A stretch of DNA of 64,000 bases. Source: an uncultured delta proteobacterium. GTDB lineage: Bacteria; Myxococcota; Myxococcia; Myxococcales; Anaeromyxobacteraceae. A model generated the notes under the pieces. The model saw only the letters and a list, made by a program, of their open reading frames with translations, was not told the origin of the DNA and did not search any database. The stretch lies in NCBI GenBank assembly GCA_963814585.1, contig CAWFDF010000013.1:64001-128000 (forward strand), in the 5' to 3' direction. The position numbers were made by a program, and so were the translations under genes. Below, in pieces: positions 11,538 through 22,536 of this stretch (positions are counted from its first letter, which is position 1; the number at the start of each line of letters is the position of its first letter).

Positions 11538-11914
11538 CGGTCCTCCTCCTTGCCCGGCGGCTCCCAGGGGATGGCCCCCTCGGCCTCGGCCAGCGTTCGC
11601 GTCCCCTCGCCCAGCCCGTCGTCCCACGGCTCGATGACCAGGTCCCGCCCGGTCACCAGGATCTGCCCGCCGTGCATGGAGGCCACGAACCCGGCCACCT
11701 TGTCCAGGGTCTCGTTGACGAAGGCGTGGTCGTTGCCGACGGCGGTGACGCCGAGCACGCTCCGCTGCCAGAGCTCGTTGTCCGCCACCTCGGCGATGGA
11801 GACGTTGAACCGGGCCCTGACCCGATCGATGGCCGAGCGGACCAGGTGACGCTTGGACTTGAGCGAGCCCGGCGCCGGGAGGTGCAGCTCCAATCTCAGG
11901 ACACCAACGAACAT
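11534..11914 (-). CDS. DUF503 (YlxP-like) protein
   Basis: MFVGVLRLELHLP...SLKSKR...RFNVSIAEV...LWQRS; canonical position between infB and rbfA. Confidence 0.88.
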   Translation of the reverse strand: MFVGVLRLELHLPAPGSLKSKRHLVRSAIDRVRARFNVSIAEVADNELWQRSVLGVTAVGNDHAFVNETLDKVAGFVASMHGGQILVTGRDLVIEPWDDGLGEGTRTLAEAEGAIPWEPPGKEEDR

Positions 11915-11922
11915 CGGTCTCT

Positions 11923-12044
11923 CCGACGCAGGAGCCCGAGCCGAGGTCGGGCGCACGACGAGCGAGCAGCGCAGCCGTACTGTATCCGTACGGCGAGCAG
12001 CACAGCGAGGAGTCCGCCCGAGATCGGCCGGGATCGTGCGTCGG
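11923..12044. repeat. Palindromic intergenic element with a GAGCAGC-hairpin-GAGCAGC core, related to the MITE-like elements
   Basis: Arms CCGACGCA/TGCGTCGG, GCCGA/TCGGC, TCGGGCG/CGCCCGA; central GCCGTAC-N7-GTACGGC flanked by GAGCAGC on both sides. Confidence 0.7.
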
Positions 12045-12051
12045 CCCCGCC

Positions 12052-14754
12052 CTAGTCGATCGACTGGCGGATCTCCTCCAGCTCGTAGCACTCGATGACG
12101 TCGCCGGCCTTGAAGTCGGAGAAGCCCTCGATGCCGATGCCGCACTCCAGGGGCGCCAGCACCTCGCGGACGTCGTCCTTGAGGCGCTTCAGGGAGACGA
12201 TCTTGCCGGTGTGGACCGGCTTGCGATCGCGCGTCACGCGGCCGTGGGTGTTGCGCTTGATGACGCCCTCGGAGACCGCCGACCCGGCGATGGTGCCGAC
12301 CTTGGTGATGTTGAAGACCTGGCGGACCTCGGCCTTGCCGAGCGGCTTCTCCTTGATGATGGGCGGCAGCAGCGTCGCCATCTCCTCCCGGATCTTGTCG
12401 ACCGCCTCGTAGATGATGTCGAAGAGCAGGATGCGGACGCCCTGCTGGCTGGCGATCTGGTCCACCTTGGTCTCGGGCTTGGTGTGGAAGCCGACGATGA
12501 TGGCCTTGCCGGCCGCCGCGGTGAGGACGTCCGACTCGGTGATGTTGCCCACCCCGGAGTCGAGCACCCGGACCCCGACCTTCTTGGTGGCGCACTTCTC
12601 CAGCGCCTGGCGGACCGCCTCGGAGGAGCCCTGCACGTCGGCCTTGACCACCACGTTCAGGGCCTTGGCGCCGGTGGCCTTCCCCTTGGCGAAGAGGTCC
12701 TCCAGCGTGGCCCGCTTGACGGAGGCCATCGCCTTCTGGCGGGACTTCTCGGCGCGGTGGGTGGCCACCTCCTTGGCGGCCTTCTCGTCCTCGACGACGT
12801 CGAACTCGTCGCCGGCGGTGGGGACGCCGGAGAGGCCGAGCACCTCGACCGGGAAGCCGGGCCCGACCTCCTTCACCGGCTCGCCGCGCTCGTTCATCAT
12901 GGCGCGGACCTTGCCGTACTCGGAGCCGGTCACCAGCGCGTCGCCGATGCGGAGCGTCCCTTCCTGCACCAGCACGGTGGCCACCGGGCCCCGTCCCTTC
13001 TCCAGCTTGGCCTCGATGACCACGCCGGTGGCGAGCTTCTCGGGGTTGGACTTGAGGTCGAGCACCTCGGCCTGCAGCGCGATGTACTCGAGCAGCTCCG
13101 GGAGCCCCTGCTTGGTGCGGGCCGACACCGGCATCATGATGGTGGTGCCGCCCCACTGCTCGCCCACCAGCTCGTACTCGGTGAGCTGCTGCATGACGCG
13201 CTCGGGCTGGGCCCCCGGCTTGTCGATCTTGTTGATGGCGACCAGGATGGTGACCCCGGCGGCCTTGGCGTGCTTGATGGCCTCCACGGTCTGAGGCATG
13301 ACGCCGTCGTCGGCGGCCACCACCAGCACCACCAGGTCGGTGACCTTGGCGCCGCGCTCGCGCATCGCCGTGAAGGCCTCGTGGCCCGGCGTGTCGAGGA
13401 AGGTGATGGGGCCGTGCGCCGTCTGCACCGAGTAGGCGCCGATGTGCTGGGTGATGCCGCCGGCCTCGCCGGCCGCCACGTCGGCCTTGCGGATGGCGTC
13501 GAGCAGCGAGGTCTTGCCGTGGTCGACGTGGCCCATGACCGTGACCACCGGCGGGCGGTTCACCAGCTTCGACTCGTCGACCGCGATCTCGGGGATGTAC
13601 TCCTCGACCTCGAAGCCCTGCTTCTCGACGGTGAAGCCGAAGTCGGTGGCCAGCAGCGCCGCGGTGTCGGCGTCGATGAGCTGGTTGATGGTGGCCATGG
13701 TGCCACCCTGCATCAGCTTGCGGATCAGGTCGGAGGCCTTGACGCCCATGGCCTGCGAGAGGGTGGAGAGCGAGATCGACTCCTCGATGCGGATGACCTT
13801 CTTGTGCTCGGCGCGCTCGGTCACCTGCGTCTTGGCTCCCTTCTTGGTCGGCTTCTTCTTCTTGCCCCGCACCGGCACGTAGGTGCGGTCCTGCATGGCG
13901 GCCGTCAGCAGCTCCTTGGGGTTGAGCGTCTTGGCCGCCTCCTCGCTGGGGCGTCCGGCGCCGCGCTTGTTCTTGTTCTTGTCGCGGCTGACGTCGATGA
14001 ACTCGCGCTCGCGCCCCAGCGAGCCGGGGACCACCTTGAGCTCGCGGACCTCGCCGAGCGCGCGGGGCCCGGGCGCGGCCGGGAAGCGGCTGCCGGCGCC
14101 GGTCGCCGGCGTGACGCGGCGGACCGGGACCAGCGGCCGGGACAGCACCACCGCCTGCGTCGAGGTGGGGCGCTGCGTGCGCGGATCGATCTGTGGCCTG
14201 GGCGGCGCGGCCGGGGCGCCCGTGGGCGCGGCGGCGGTGGGCGCGGCCGGGGCGCCCGGCGCCGGCGTCGCGGCGGGCGTGCCCGGGGTCGCCGAGGCCC
14301 CCTGCTCCGCCGTGGCCAGGGCCGCCTCGGCGGCCAGCGGTGCGGCGGCTTCCGGCGCGGCGGTCTCCGGCGCGGCGGCCTCGGGCTGGGCGGACGGCTC
14401 GAAGGCCGGCTCGGCGGCGGGCGCCTCCTCCCCGGCGGGCTCCGGCTCCTCGAAGATCTCCGGCTCGAGCGCCTCGGGCGGAGGAGGCGGCGGCGCGGGG
14501 GGCGGCACCGGGATGGTGGCCTTCTTGCGGACCACGAAGCCCGGGCCGGCCGGCCGCGGGGCGGCGGCCTTGGGCCGCTTCTCGCCGGCGATCTTCTCGA
14601 AGGCGGCCTGGGCCTGGTCGTCGTCGAGCGACGACGAGTGGCTCTTCACCTCGAAGCCGAGCTGATGGAGCCTGTCGACGAGCTCCTGGTTGGAGAGCTC
14701 GATCCCCTGCTCCTTGAGCTGCTTCGCCAGCTCGTGAACCCGCTTCTTGGCCAT
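12052..14754 (-). CDS. infB: Translation initiation factor IF-2
   Basis: [10 protein letters not shown]-terminus, [32 protein letters not shown]. Confidence 0.99.
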   Translation of the reverse strand: MAKKRVHELAKQLKEQGIELSNQELVDRLHQLGFEVKSHSSSLDDDQAQAAFEKIAGEKRPKAAAPRPAGPGFVVRKKATIPVPPPAPPPPPPEALEPEIFEEPEPAGEEAPAAEPAFEPSAQPEAAAPETAAPEAAAPLAAEAALATAEQGASATPGTPAATPAPGAPAAPTAAAPTGAPAAPPRPQIDPRTQRPTSTQAVVLSRPLVPVRRVTPATGAGSRFPAAPGPRALGEVRELKVVPGSLGREREFIDVSRDKNKNKRGAGRPSEEAAKTLNPKELLTAAMQDRTYVPVRGKKKKPTKKGAKTQVTERAEHKKVIRIEESISLSTLSQAMGVKASDLIRKLMQGGTMATINQLIDADTAALLATDFGFTVEKQGFEVEEYIPEIAVDESKLVNRPPVVTVMGHVDHGKTSLLDAIRKADVAAGEAGGITQHIGAYSVQTAHGPITFLDTPGHEAFTAMRERGAKVTDLVVLVVAADDGVMPQTVEAIKHAKAAGVTILVAINKIDKPGAQPERVMQQLTEYELVGEQWGGTTIMMPVSARTKQGLPELLEYIALQAEVLDLKSNPEKLATGVVIEAKLEKGRGPVATVLVQEGTLRIGDALVTGSEYGKVRAMMNERGEPVKEVGPGFPVEVLGLSGVPTAGDEFDVVEDEKAAKEVATHRAEKSRQKAMASVKRATLEDLFAKGKATGAKALNVVVKADVQGSSEAVRQALEKCATKKVGVRVLDSGVGNITESDVLTAAAGKAIIVGFHTKPETKVDQIASQQGVRILLFDIIYEAVDKIREEMATLLPPIIKEKPLGKAEVRQVFNITKVGTIAGSAVSEGVIKRNTHGRVTRDRKPVHTGKIVSLKRLKDDVREVLAPLECGIGIEGFSDFKAGDVIECYELEEIRQSID

Positions 14755-14766
14755 GTGTGTCGACTC

Positions 14767-15029
14767 CTAGTCCCTGCCAGCGACAACCGTCAACCCTGCG
14801 CGGAGCGCGTCCGCGTCCCACGTCACATCCCCGCGCCGGAACGCCCGGGCGAAGGCGCGCCGCTTGAGGGCCCGCTCCAGGCAGCCCTCCTCGCGGTGCA
14901 GCCACGCACCCCGCCCACCGCTCCGCCTCGCGTCCACCACCACACGCGCTCCGTCTCCGACCCGGACCCGGATCAGCTTCGCTTGCGCCGCGGCCTCGCC
15001 GCAGCCCACGCAGGTCCGGACCGGGGCGG

Positions 15030-15033
<4 letters not shown>
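14767..15033 (-). CDS. ylxR: YlxR/DUF448 family RNA-binding protein
   Basis: PVRTCVGC...GRGAWLH...CLERALKRRAF; GTGA overlap with the nusA stop. Confidence 0.88.
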
Positions 15034-16691
<1,658 letters not shown>

Positions 16692-16694
16692 GGC

Positions 16695-17210
16695 TCAGTC
16701 CTTCCTTCGGAGCTCGGCCTCGAAGTCGTACTCGAGGTTGGCCTTGGCGATCTGGTCGTGCGGGACGCGGTGGCGCACGCCGTCGACGTCGATCTCGACG
16801 GCGCCGTCCTTGAATCCCTGGAGCGTGCCGGTCCAGTGCTTGCGGCCGGGCGATGCGGGGGCGGTGCCGGCCACCGGCCCGTACGTCTTGATGCGGGCCC
16901 GCTGGCCTGAGAACCGATCGAAGTCCGAGGGCTTGCGGAGCGGCCGCTCCAGCCCCGGCGAGGAGACCTCGAGGTCGTAGGCGGGCTCGATGAACTCCTC
17001 GACGTCGAGGATGGGTTCCACGGTCCGGCTGACCGCCTGGCAGTCGTCGATGCCGAAGCCGCCGGCCTTGTCGACGTAGAGGCGCAGCGTCCAGCGCCCC
17101 CCGGCGCGGACCCACTCCACCTCGACGAGCTCGTAGCCGTCGCGGACGAGGACCGGCTCCAGCAGCCGCCGCGCCTGCTCGGCGATCGGTTCGTGTGCGA
17201 TACCGGTCAT
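16695..17210 (-). CDS. rimP: Ribosome maturation factor RimP
   Basis: LRLYVDK...IDDCQAVSR...YDLEVSSPGLERPL; first gene of the nusA-infB operon. Confidence 0.97.
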   Translation of the reverse strand: MTGIAHEPIAEQARRLLEPVLVRDGYELVEVEWVRAGGRWTLRLYVDKAGGFGIDDCQAVSRTVEPILDVEEFIEPAYDLEVSSPGLERPLRKPSDFDRFSGQRARIKTYGPVAGTAPASPGRKHWTGTLQGFKDGAVEIDVDGVRHRVPHDQIAKANLEYDFEAELRRKD

Positions 17211-17223
17211 GTCCTCGGATCCA

Positions 17224-17260
17224 GAAAAGAAAAAAGTGGGGCGCTCCTGCGGCCCACTTT
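17224..17260 (-). terminator. Intrinsic terminator/attenuator in the rimP 5' leader (rimP-leader type)
   Basis: Minus strand AAAGTGGG-CCGCAGGAGCGC-CCCACTTT then TTTCTTTT, between the promoter and the rimP start. Confidence 0.8.
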
Positions 17261-17299
17261 CGTACCCGGTCGCCCGGGAGCATCGAAAATGTGGGGGGT

Positions 17300-17328
17300 T
17301 AGGTAGCAGAACGGGGCGCTCGGGTCAA
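17300..17328 (-). promoter_or_regulatory. Candidate sigma-70 promoter of the rimP operon
   Basis: TTGACC-N17-TACCTA with TG extension, upstream of the leader terminator. Confidence 0.5.
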
Positions 17329-17403
17329 GGCGGGCCGGGGCCCGGGGCCCGGCCCGCGCCTGCCGCCGCCGTCGGTGAATCCCCTGTCGGGACGCGGGCC
17401 TGG

Positions 17404-18360
17404 CTACTTCGCCGGCGCGTCGAGCCAGGCGGCCAGCCCCTGGGCGTTGAGCTCGAGGTCGTTGCGGTAGACCTCCACCACCCGGGCCGGGTCGAGCGGG
17501 ACGCCGTGCCGGGCCGCCTCGGCGACCAGGGAAGCCGTCAGGCCCGCCTTGATGGCCAGGTGCCGGCCCGGGCCGGCCGGCGCGGCGCGGGCCACCCGGA
17601 CGTGCTCGTCGATGCTGCGGTGGAGCGCGGCGCCGTGCGCGGCGAGGTTCCCCTGCACCATGCCGTAGTGCGTCAGGTAGACCCGCTCCGGCCGCTCGGC
17701 CAGCATCCGATCCAGCGTGGCGTGGAGCGCGGGGGGATCGAACTGCACCGGCGTGGTGGAGGCGAAGAAGAGCGGGCCGTTCGGGCCGCCGTCGGTCTCG
17801 CGGTAGCTCAGGCCGAAGGAGTCGCCGGTGAAGAAGCCCCGGCTGGCCTCGTCCAGGACCACGAAGTGGTGCTTGGCGTGGCCCGGGGCGTCGAGGAAGC
17901 GTAGGCGGCGCGCGCCGAGGTCCAGCGAGAAGCCGTCCGGCGCCTCCACCACCCGGTCCGCCGGGACCGGGACCGGCGGGCCGTAGAGCCTGAGGGTGGC
18001 CTCCTCGCCGTAGACGCCGACGGTGCCGGCCCAGAGCTTGGCGGGGTCGACGAGGTGGCGGGCCCCGCGCGGGTGGGCCACCAGCGTGGCCCTCGGGAGC
18101 ACGCCCATGAGCGCGCCGGCGCCTCCGGCGTGATCGAGGTGGACGTGGGTGACGATGACGTGGCTCACCGCCTCGCGGTCCAGGCCGAGCTGCTGCAGCG
18201 CGGCGAGCAGTCGCGGGACGGTCTGGAAGGTGCCGGTCTCCACGATGGCGGCCGAGTCCCGGCCGCGGAGGACGTAGCAGGCGGCGAGGTTCGGCCACAG
18301 GTAGCCGGTGTCGACGAGGAAGACGCCGGGGGCGACCTCGGTGGCGGGCTGGGAGGGCAT
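17404..18360 (-). CDS. MBL-fold metallo-hydrolase
   Basis: THVHLDHAGG, PGHAKHH, FTGDSFG, THYG. Confidence 0.92.
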   Translation of the reverse strand: MPSQPATEVAPGVFLVDTGYLWPNLAACYVLRGRDSAAIVETGTFQTVPRLLAALQQLGLDREAVSHVIVTHVHLDHAGGAGALMGVLPRATLVAHPRGARHLVDPAKLWAGTVGVYGEEATLRLYGPPVPVPADRVVEAPDGFSLDLGARRLRFLDAPGHAKHHFVVLDEASRGFFTGDSFGLSYRETDGGPNGPLFFASTTPVQFDPPALHATLDRMLAERPERVYLTHYGMVQGNLAAHGAALHRSIDEHVRVARAAPAGPGRHLAIKAGLTASLVAEAARHGVPLDPARVVEVYRNDLELNAQGLAAWLDAPAK

Positions 18361-18384
18361 GGCGATCGAGGGGCGTGGAGGGCG

Positions 18385-18936
18385 CTAGCGCCGCCCGGGC
18401 GGGTAGGCCTCGATGAGCTTGACGATGGCCTGCTCCAGCGCCGCCGGCCCCTGGTCCGGGGAGACCGAGTCGCTGCCGGTGCCGCGCCAGAACATCTCGC
18501 GGCTCCTGGCGTCGACGAAGTCGAGGATCAGCGTCCCCGACCGGTAGGACCGCACCGAGACCGACGGCGCGGTGGTGACCACGGCGCCGCCGTAGGGGTA
18601 GCCGAAGCCGGCGCCGTAGCCGTAGCCGTACTGGTCGACCCGGATCTGGTCCCCCGCCCAGCCGTGCATGGCGACGAAGAAGTCCGGGAGCTCGCCCTCG
18701 GGGGCGTGGATGAACCCGCGCTTGAGGAGCTCCCGCTGCACGAAGAAGCGGATGCGCTCGCGAACCTGCGGGTCGCGGATGACCGGCGCCTGCTCCGGCC
18801 CCGGCTGCATGGGCAGGAAGGCGAAGGCGCGGTAGCGCTTGAAGTCGGCGCCCTCCACGTACTCGGTCTCCACCTTGAGGGTGGCGCAGCCGGCCAGCGA
18901 GAGGGCCAGCACGGCGGCGGCGGCGAGTCGAGTCAT
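18385..18936 (-). CDS. DUF4136 family lipoprotein
   Basis: Lipobox LAGC, FKRYRAFAF, Y/G-rich loop, SYRSGTLILDFVDARSREMFWRG; alternative in-frame ATG near 19038. Confidence 0.8.
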   Translation of the reverse strand: MTRLAAAAVLALSLAGCATLKVETEYVEGADFKRYRAFAFLPMQPGPEQAPVIRDPQVRERIRFFVQRELLKRGFIHAPEGELPDFFVAMHGWAGDQIRVDQYGYGYGAGFGYPYGGAVVTTAPSVSVRSYRSGTLILDFVDARSREMFWRGTGSDSVSPDQGPAALEQAIVKLIEAYPPGRR

Positions 18937-19217
18937 GCGGTCTCCATGGCCGGCGCTCTCGCCCGGTCCGGTCTTCGAGGGGTGGTTCGATCGGGCCCCG
19001 GCGGCGACGGCCGGCGACGCGCGGATGGACTGGTGCATGGCTTCCTCACCCGGTAGCTGGCGGGACGGTGACCGGACGCGCCACCGCGAACCCTGGAGGG
19101 GTGAGCGTATCGCGAACTGGAGCCCCGCGCTCCTCCTTCGTGTAGACTTCCGTCGCCCCCATGGGACGATCGCGCCGCCGCCGGCCAACGGCGCGCCCGC
19201 GGGATCGGGAGATCGCC

Positions 19218-19757
19218 ATGCCTCGTCTCACGCTCACCCTCGCGCTGGCCGTCGCGCTGCTCGGGTGCTCCACCGTCCAGATCGACACCCAGTACAAGCC
19301 GGGCACCGACTACAAGCGCTACCAGACCTTCACATGGAACCCGATCGAGCCGGGGCCGGAGCAGGCCACCGAGGCCCGCGATCCGGCCATCCGGCAGTTC
19401 GTGCTCGGGACCATCGAGAAGGAGCTGACCGGACGCGGCTTCAAGAAGGCCGCCGCCGGCGCCACGCCCGACTTCTACATCGCCGTCCACGGCTGGTCGC
19501 GCGACAAGATCGACGTCAAGCAGTACGGCTACGTCTACGGCTACAGCGGATACGGCATGTACCCGACCATGGGGGGCCCGGCCGTCGAGGTTCGCCAGTA
19601 CAAGGAGGGGTCGATCGTCATCGACTTCATCGACGCCACCAGTCGGGAGATGTTCTGGCGCGGCACCGCCAGCGACACCTTCCTCCCGGGCACCGGCCAG
19701 GCGGCGATCAAGGATGCCGTCGGCAAGCTGCTCGAGGCCTATCCGCCCCCCCGCTAG
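19218..19757 (+). CDS. DUF4136 family lipoprotein (paralog of the divergent neighbour)
   Basis: Lipobox LLGC, YKRYQTFTW, QYKEGSIVIDFIDATSREMFWRG, ends EAYPP like its neighbour. Confidence 0.82.
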   Translation: MPRLTLTLALAVALLGCSTVQIDTQYKPGTDYKRYQTFTWNPIEPGPEQATEARDPAIRQFVLGTIEKELTGRGFKKAAAGATPDFYIAVHGWSRDKIDVKQYGYVYGYSGYGMYPTMGGPAVEVRQYKEGSIVIDFIDATSREMFWRGTASDTFLPGTGQAAIKDAVGKLLEAYPPPR

Positions 19758-19803
19758 GGCCCCGACCCAGCCACAGGATCCCCTCATGGCCACGGAGGCC
19801 CGC

Positions 19804-20391
19804 ATGACCCGCTCCATCCGCCTCGCCGCGCTCCTCGCCCCGCTGCTGCTCCCCGCCTGCGCGACCACGCAAGGCGTCCCGCTGCCGATGACCACGCCGT
19901 CCGGTCCCAAGGCCCCGGTCTTCGTCGCCACCGGCGAGTTCCGCTCCTCCTACGGCAAGAGCGCCGCCTTCGACGAGTGGCGGGTGGTGGGGCCCCGCGT
20001 CAACCTGACCCGCAACGATGACGGCTCCTGGGACGGGACCGCCGGTCCGGCCATGAGCGGCTTCCACCTCGAGGTGAAGCCCGGCCACCTGAGCGGGCCC
20101 AACCTCAGCCTGAGCATCCAGAAGATGGCCGACGGCTTCGTCGAGGTGGGCGGCCTGTTCTTCGGGGATCGCTACTGGATCCGGGCCTCGCCGCAGAAGC
20201 TGCAGGGCAACACCCACGGCGGCCGCTGCTCCTTCGAGTTCAAGCGGACCTCCCCGAACCTCTTCGAGGGTGACGTGGCCTGCGGGATGGAGATCAACCG
20301 GGTCAGCATCGAGGTGCGGGGCGCGGCGACGCGCGTCGAGGAGCCGATGCTGCCCCAGACGGCGCTGGCGCTGGTCGCCGTGATGCCCTGA
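19804..20391 (+). CDS. Hypothetical lipoprotein, beta-rich
   Basis: Signal peptide with LPAC lipobox, RBS GGAGG, coding-like codon usage, internal Cys pair. Confidence 0.7.
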   Translation: MTRSIRLAALLAPLLLPACATTQGVPLPMTTPSGPKAPVFVATGEFRSSYGKSAAFDEWRVVGPRVNLTRNDDGSWDGTAGPAMSGFHLEVKPGHLSGPNLSLSIQKMADGFVEVGGLFFGDRYWIRASPQKLQGNTHGGRCSFEFKRTSPNLFEGDVACGMEINRVSIEVRGAATRVEEPMLPQTALALVAVMP

Positions 20392-20450
20392 CGGCCGCTC
20401 GCCCGGCCCATCTCCCCTGGCCGGGCGGCGCCCCGTGGCCTCCAGACGCC

Positions 20451-20900
20451 ATGCGATCCCTTCGAGCCCTCGCCCTCGCGGCCGCGGCGTCCGGCGCCCT
20501 GGGGTGGGCCGTTCCGGCCGCCGCCGCCAACCCGTACGTCGAGCTGGGCCTGGGCGCCGACTGGCTCGTCGAGCCCCTCGAGGGCGCCTTCCAGTTCACG
20601 CTGGCGGGCCAGAACCGCGTCAGCCAGCACCTCTCCTGGGGCGGCCGGGTCGGCCTGCTGGTCCTCGCCGATCCCGGCCAGCTCGGCGTGCCCCTCGACG
20701 CCCGACTGCGAGGCCACTTCGGCGCCATCTACGTCGAGGGGCTGATCGGCCCCTGGCTCATCCTCCGCGACGCCGATCCGCTCCGCTTCCACGCCGCCAT
20801 CGGCTTCGGCCTCGTCACCCACCACGTCGTCGTCGGGGCCGAGGTCGGCCTGCTCGACGGGGGCTCGATGGTCGGCCTGCGGCTGGCCTTCCCGCTCTGA
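20451..20900 (+). CDS. Exported protein, probable small outer-membrane beta-barrel
   Basis: Signal peptide ending AAA, about 8 amphipathic strands, C-terminus GLRLAFPL. Confidence 0.6.
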   Translation: MRSLRALALAAAASGALGWAVPAAAANPYVELGLGADWLVEPLEGAFQFTLAGQNRVSQHLSWGGRVGLLVLADPGQLGVPLDARLRGHFGAIYVEGLIGPWLILRDADPLRFHAAIGFGLVTHHVVVGAEVGLLDGGSMVGLRLAFPL

Positions 20901-20988
20901 TGGGCCTGCGGCGCGACCTCCCGGGGAGCGGGTTGCAGGCCGATGGGCTGGTGACTTCGGCCGGGCCGGGGCACTAGGATCCGACGGC

Positions 20989-21672
20989 ATGTGCGGCCGC
21001 TTCTCGCTCACCCTCGCTGACCTCGCGGCCCTGGCGCGCGAGTGGTCGGCCGATCTCGACGCCCGGCTGGCGGAGCGCTGGCGGCCACGCTTCAACGTCG
21101 CCCCCGGGCAGCCCCACCCGCTGCTGCGGCAGGTGGCCGGGCGGCGGCGCCTGGAGCTGGCCACCTTCGGCCTGGCCGGGCCACGCGGCTCGCTCCTGCC
21201 CAACGCCCGCTCCGAGACCGCCTCCGTGCGTCGCAGCTTCGCCACCCCGATGCGGGAGGGGCGGTGCGCGGTGCCCGTCGACGGCTTCTACGAGTGGGAG
21301 GGGCCGCCCTCGGCCCGGAGGCCGAGCTGGTTCCACCGGGACGACGGCGCGCCCATGCTGCTGGCGGCGGTGGCCTCCGCGGCGCCGGACGGGCGGCTCG
21401 GCTTCTCCATCCTCACCACCGACTCGGTCGCGCCGGTGGTGCGGCTCCACGATCGGATGCCGGTGATCCTGCCCCCATCGCTGGTGGCTCCCTGGCTGGC
21501 CGCCGGTCCGCCGCCGCCCCTGCCCGCCCCCGAGCCCGGCCTGCTCTCGGCCCGGCCCCTGTCGGCCCGGGTCAACTCCACCGCCCACGACGACCCGGCC
21601 TGCCTCGAGCCGCGGGCGCCGGAGGGGCAGCTGCGGCTGCTCCACCTTCCTGACCCGGGCAAGATGACGTGA
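20989..21672 (+). CDS. SOS response-associated peptidase (SRAP/HMCES/YedK family)
   Basis: MCGRF start, RFNVAP, NARSET, DGFYEW, HDRMPVIL. Confidence 0.93.
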   Translation: MCGRFSLTLADLAALAREWSADLDARLAERWRPRFNVAPGQPHPLLRQVAGRRRLELATFGLAGPRGSLLPNARSETASVRRSFATPMREGRCAVPVDGFYEWEGPPSARRPSWFHRDDGAPMLLAAVASAAPDGRLGFSILTTDSVAPVVRLHDRMPVILPPSLVAPWLAAGPPPPLPAPEPGLLSARPLSARVNSTAHDDPACLEPRAPEGQLRLLHLPDPGKMT

Positions 21673-21824
21673 CGAGCGAGCCGAGACCGGAGCGAGGCTG
21701 GCGCCCGAGGAGGGAGCAGCGGAAGCGTAGCATCACTACACTGAGCAGCGGACCGACGAGACCGCCTGCCGCAGCGAGAGGATCGGCTCTCGCAGTGGGC
21801 ATCCTGCCTGGGTCGGGGCACTGA
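21651..21824 (-). mobile_element. MITE-like palindromic element, copy 1 (left end degraded)
   Basis: About 90% identical by eye to the reverse complement of 33525-33707; residual TIR GACCCGGGCAAGATG/CATCCTGCCTGGGTC. Confidence 0.85.
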
Positions 21825-21832
21825 GGAGCCCC

Positions 21833-22453
21833 GTGCGCCGCGACGACCGCCTCCCCCTCCTCTGCCTCGCCGTGGCCGTCGGCGTCACGGCGCTCTCCCG
21901 CGTTGGCGCCCGGGATCCCGCCACCTGGCTCATGGAGGTGGCGCCCTCGCTGATCGCCCTGCCGGTCCTCGGGGCCACCTACCGCCGCTTCCCGCTCACG
22001 CCGCTGGTCTACGTGGCGCTGGCGATCCATGCCACCATCCTCGCCACCGGCGCCCACTGGACCTACGCCGAGGTGCCGCTCGGCTTCTGGGTCCGCGATG
22101 CCCTCGGCCTGTCGCGCAACCACTTCGACCGGCTCGGCCACCTGGCCCAGGGGTTCGTGCCGGCGCTGCTGGCGCGCGAGCTGCTGATCCGGACCTCGCC
22201 CCTGCGCCCGGGCCGGTGGATGCTGGCGCTGGTCACCCTCTCGGTGCTGGGCGTCTCCGCCTGCTACGAGCTCGTCGAGTGGTGGGCGGCGCTCCTGCTC
22301 GGCCAGGGCGCCGACGCCTTCCTGGGCACCCAGGGCGATCCCTGGGACACCCAGTGGGACATGTTCATGGCCGCCTGCGGCGCCCTGCTGGCGCAGCTCT
22401 CGCTGGCCGGGTGGCACGACCGGCAGCTGGCGCGCCGCGCCGCCACCTCGTGA
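21833..22453 (+). CDS. DUF2238 (YjdF-like) inner membrane protein
   Basis: TWLMEVAP, HWTYAEVPLG, RNHFDRLGHLAQGF, FLGTQGDPWDTQWDM. Confidence 0.88.
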   Translation: MRRDDRLPLLCLAVAVGVTALSRVGARDPATWLMEVAPSLIALPVLGATYRRFPLTPLVYVALAIHATILATGAHWTYAEVPLGFWVRDALGLSRNHFDRLGHLAQGFVPALLARELLIRTSPLRPGRWMLALVTLSVLGVSACYELVEWWAALLLGQGADAFLGTQGDPWDTQWDMFMAACGALLAQLSLAGWHDRQLARRAATS

Positions 22454-22506
22454 CGCGCCCCGGGCCCGGTTCCGCCCGGCGTGGCCAGGCCGCGTGCGCC
22501 GCGACA

Positions 22507-22536
22507 GGGATCGGGCCAGGAGCGTGGCGCCATCAG
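22507..22536 (-). repeat. 30-bp dispersed repeat starting on a TGA stop codon (copy B)
   Basis: Minus strand CTGATGGCGCCACGCTCCTGGCCCGATCCC, 28/30 identical to 3211-3240. Confidence 0.75.

Noticed and set aside
17211..17403. tRNA upstream of rimP (as metY in E. coli)
   Set aside because: No cloverleaf or T-loop GTTC motif; only a promoter, an attenuator and a GC hairpin
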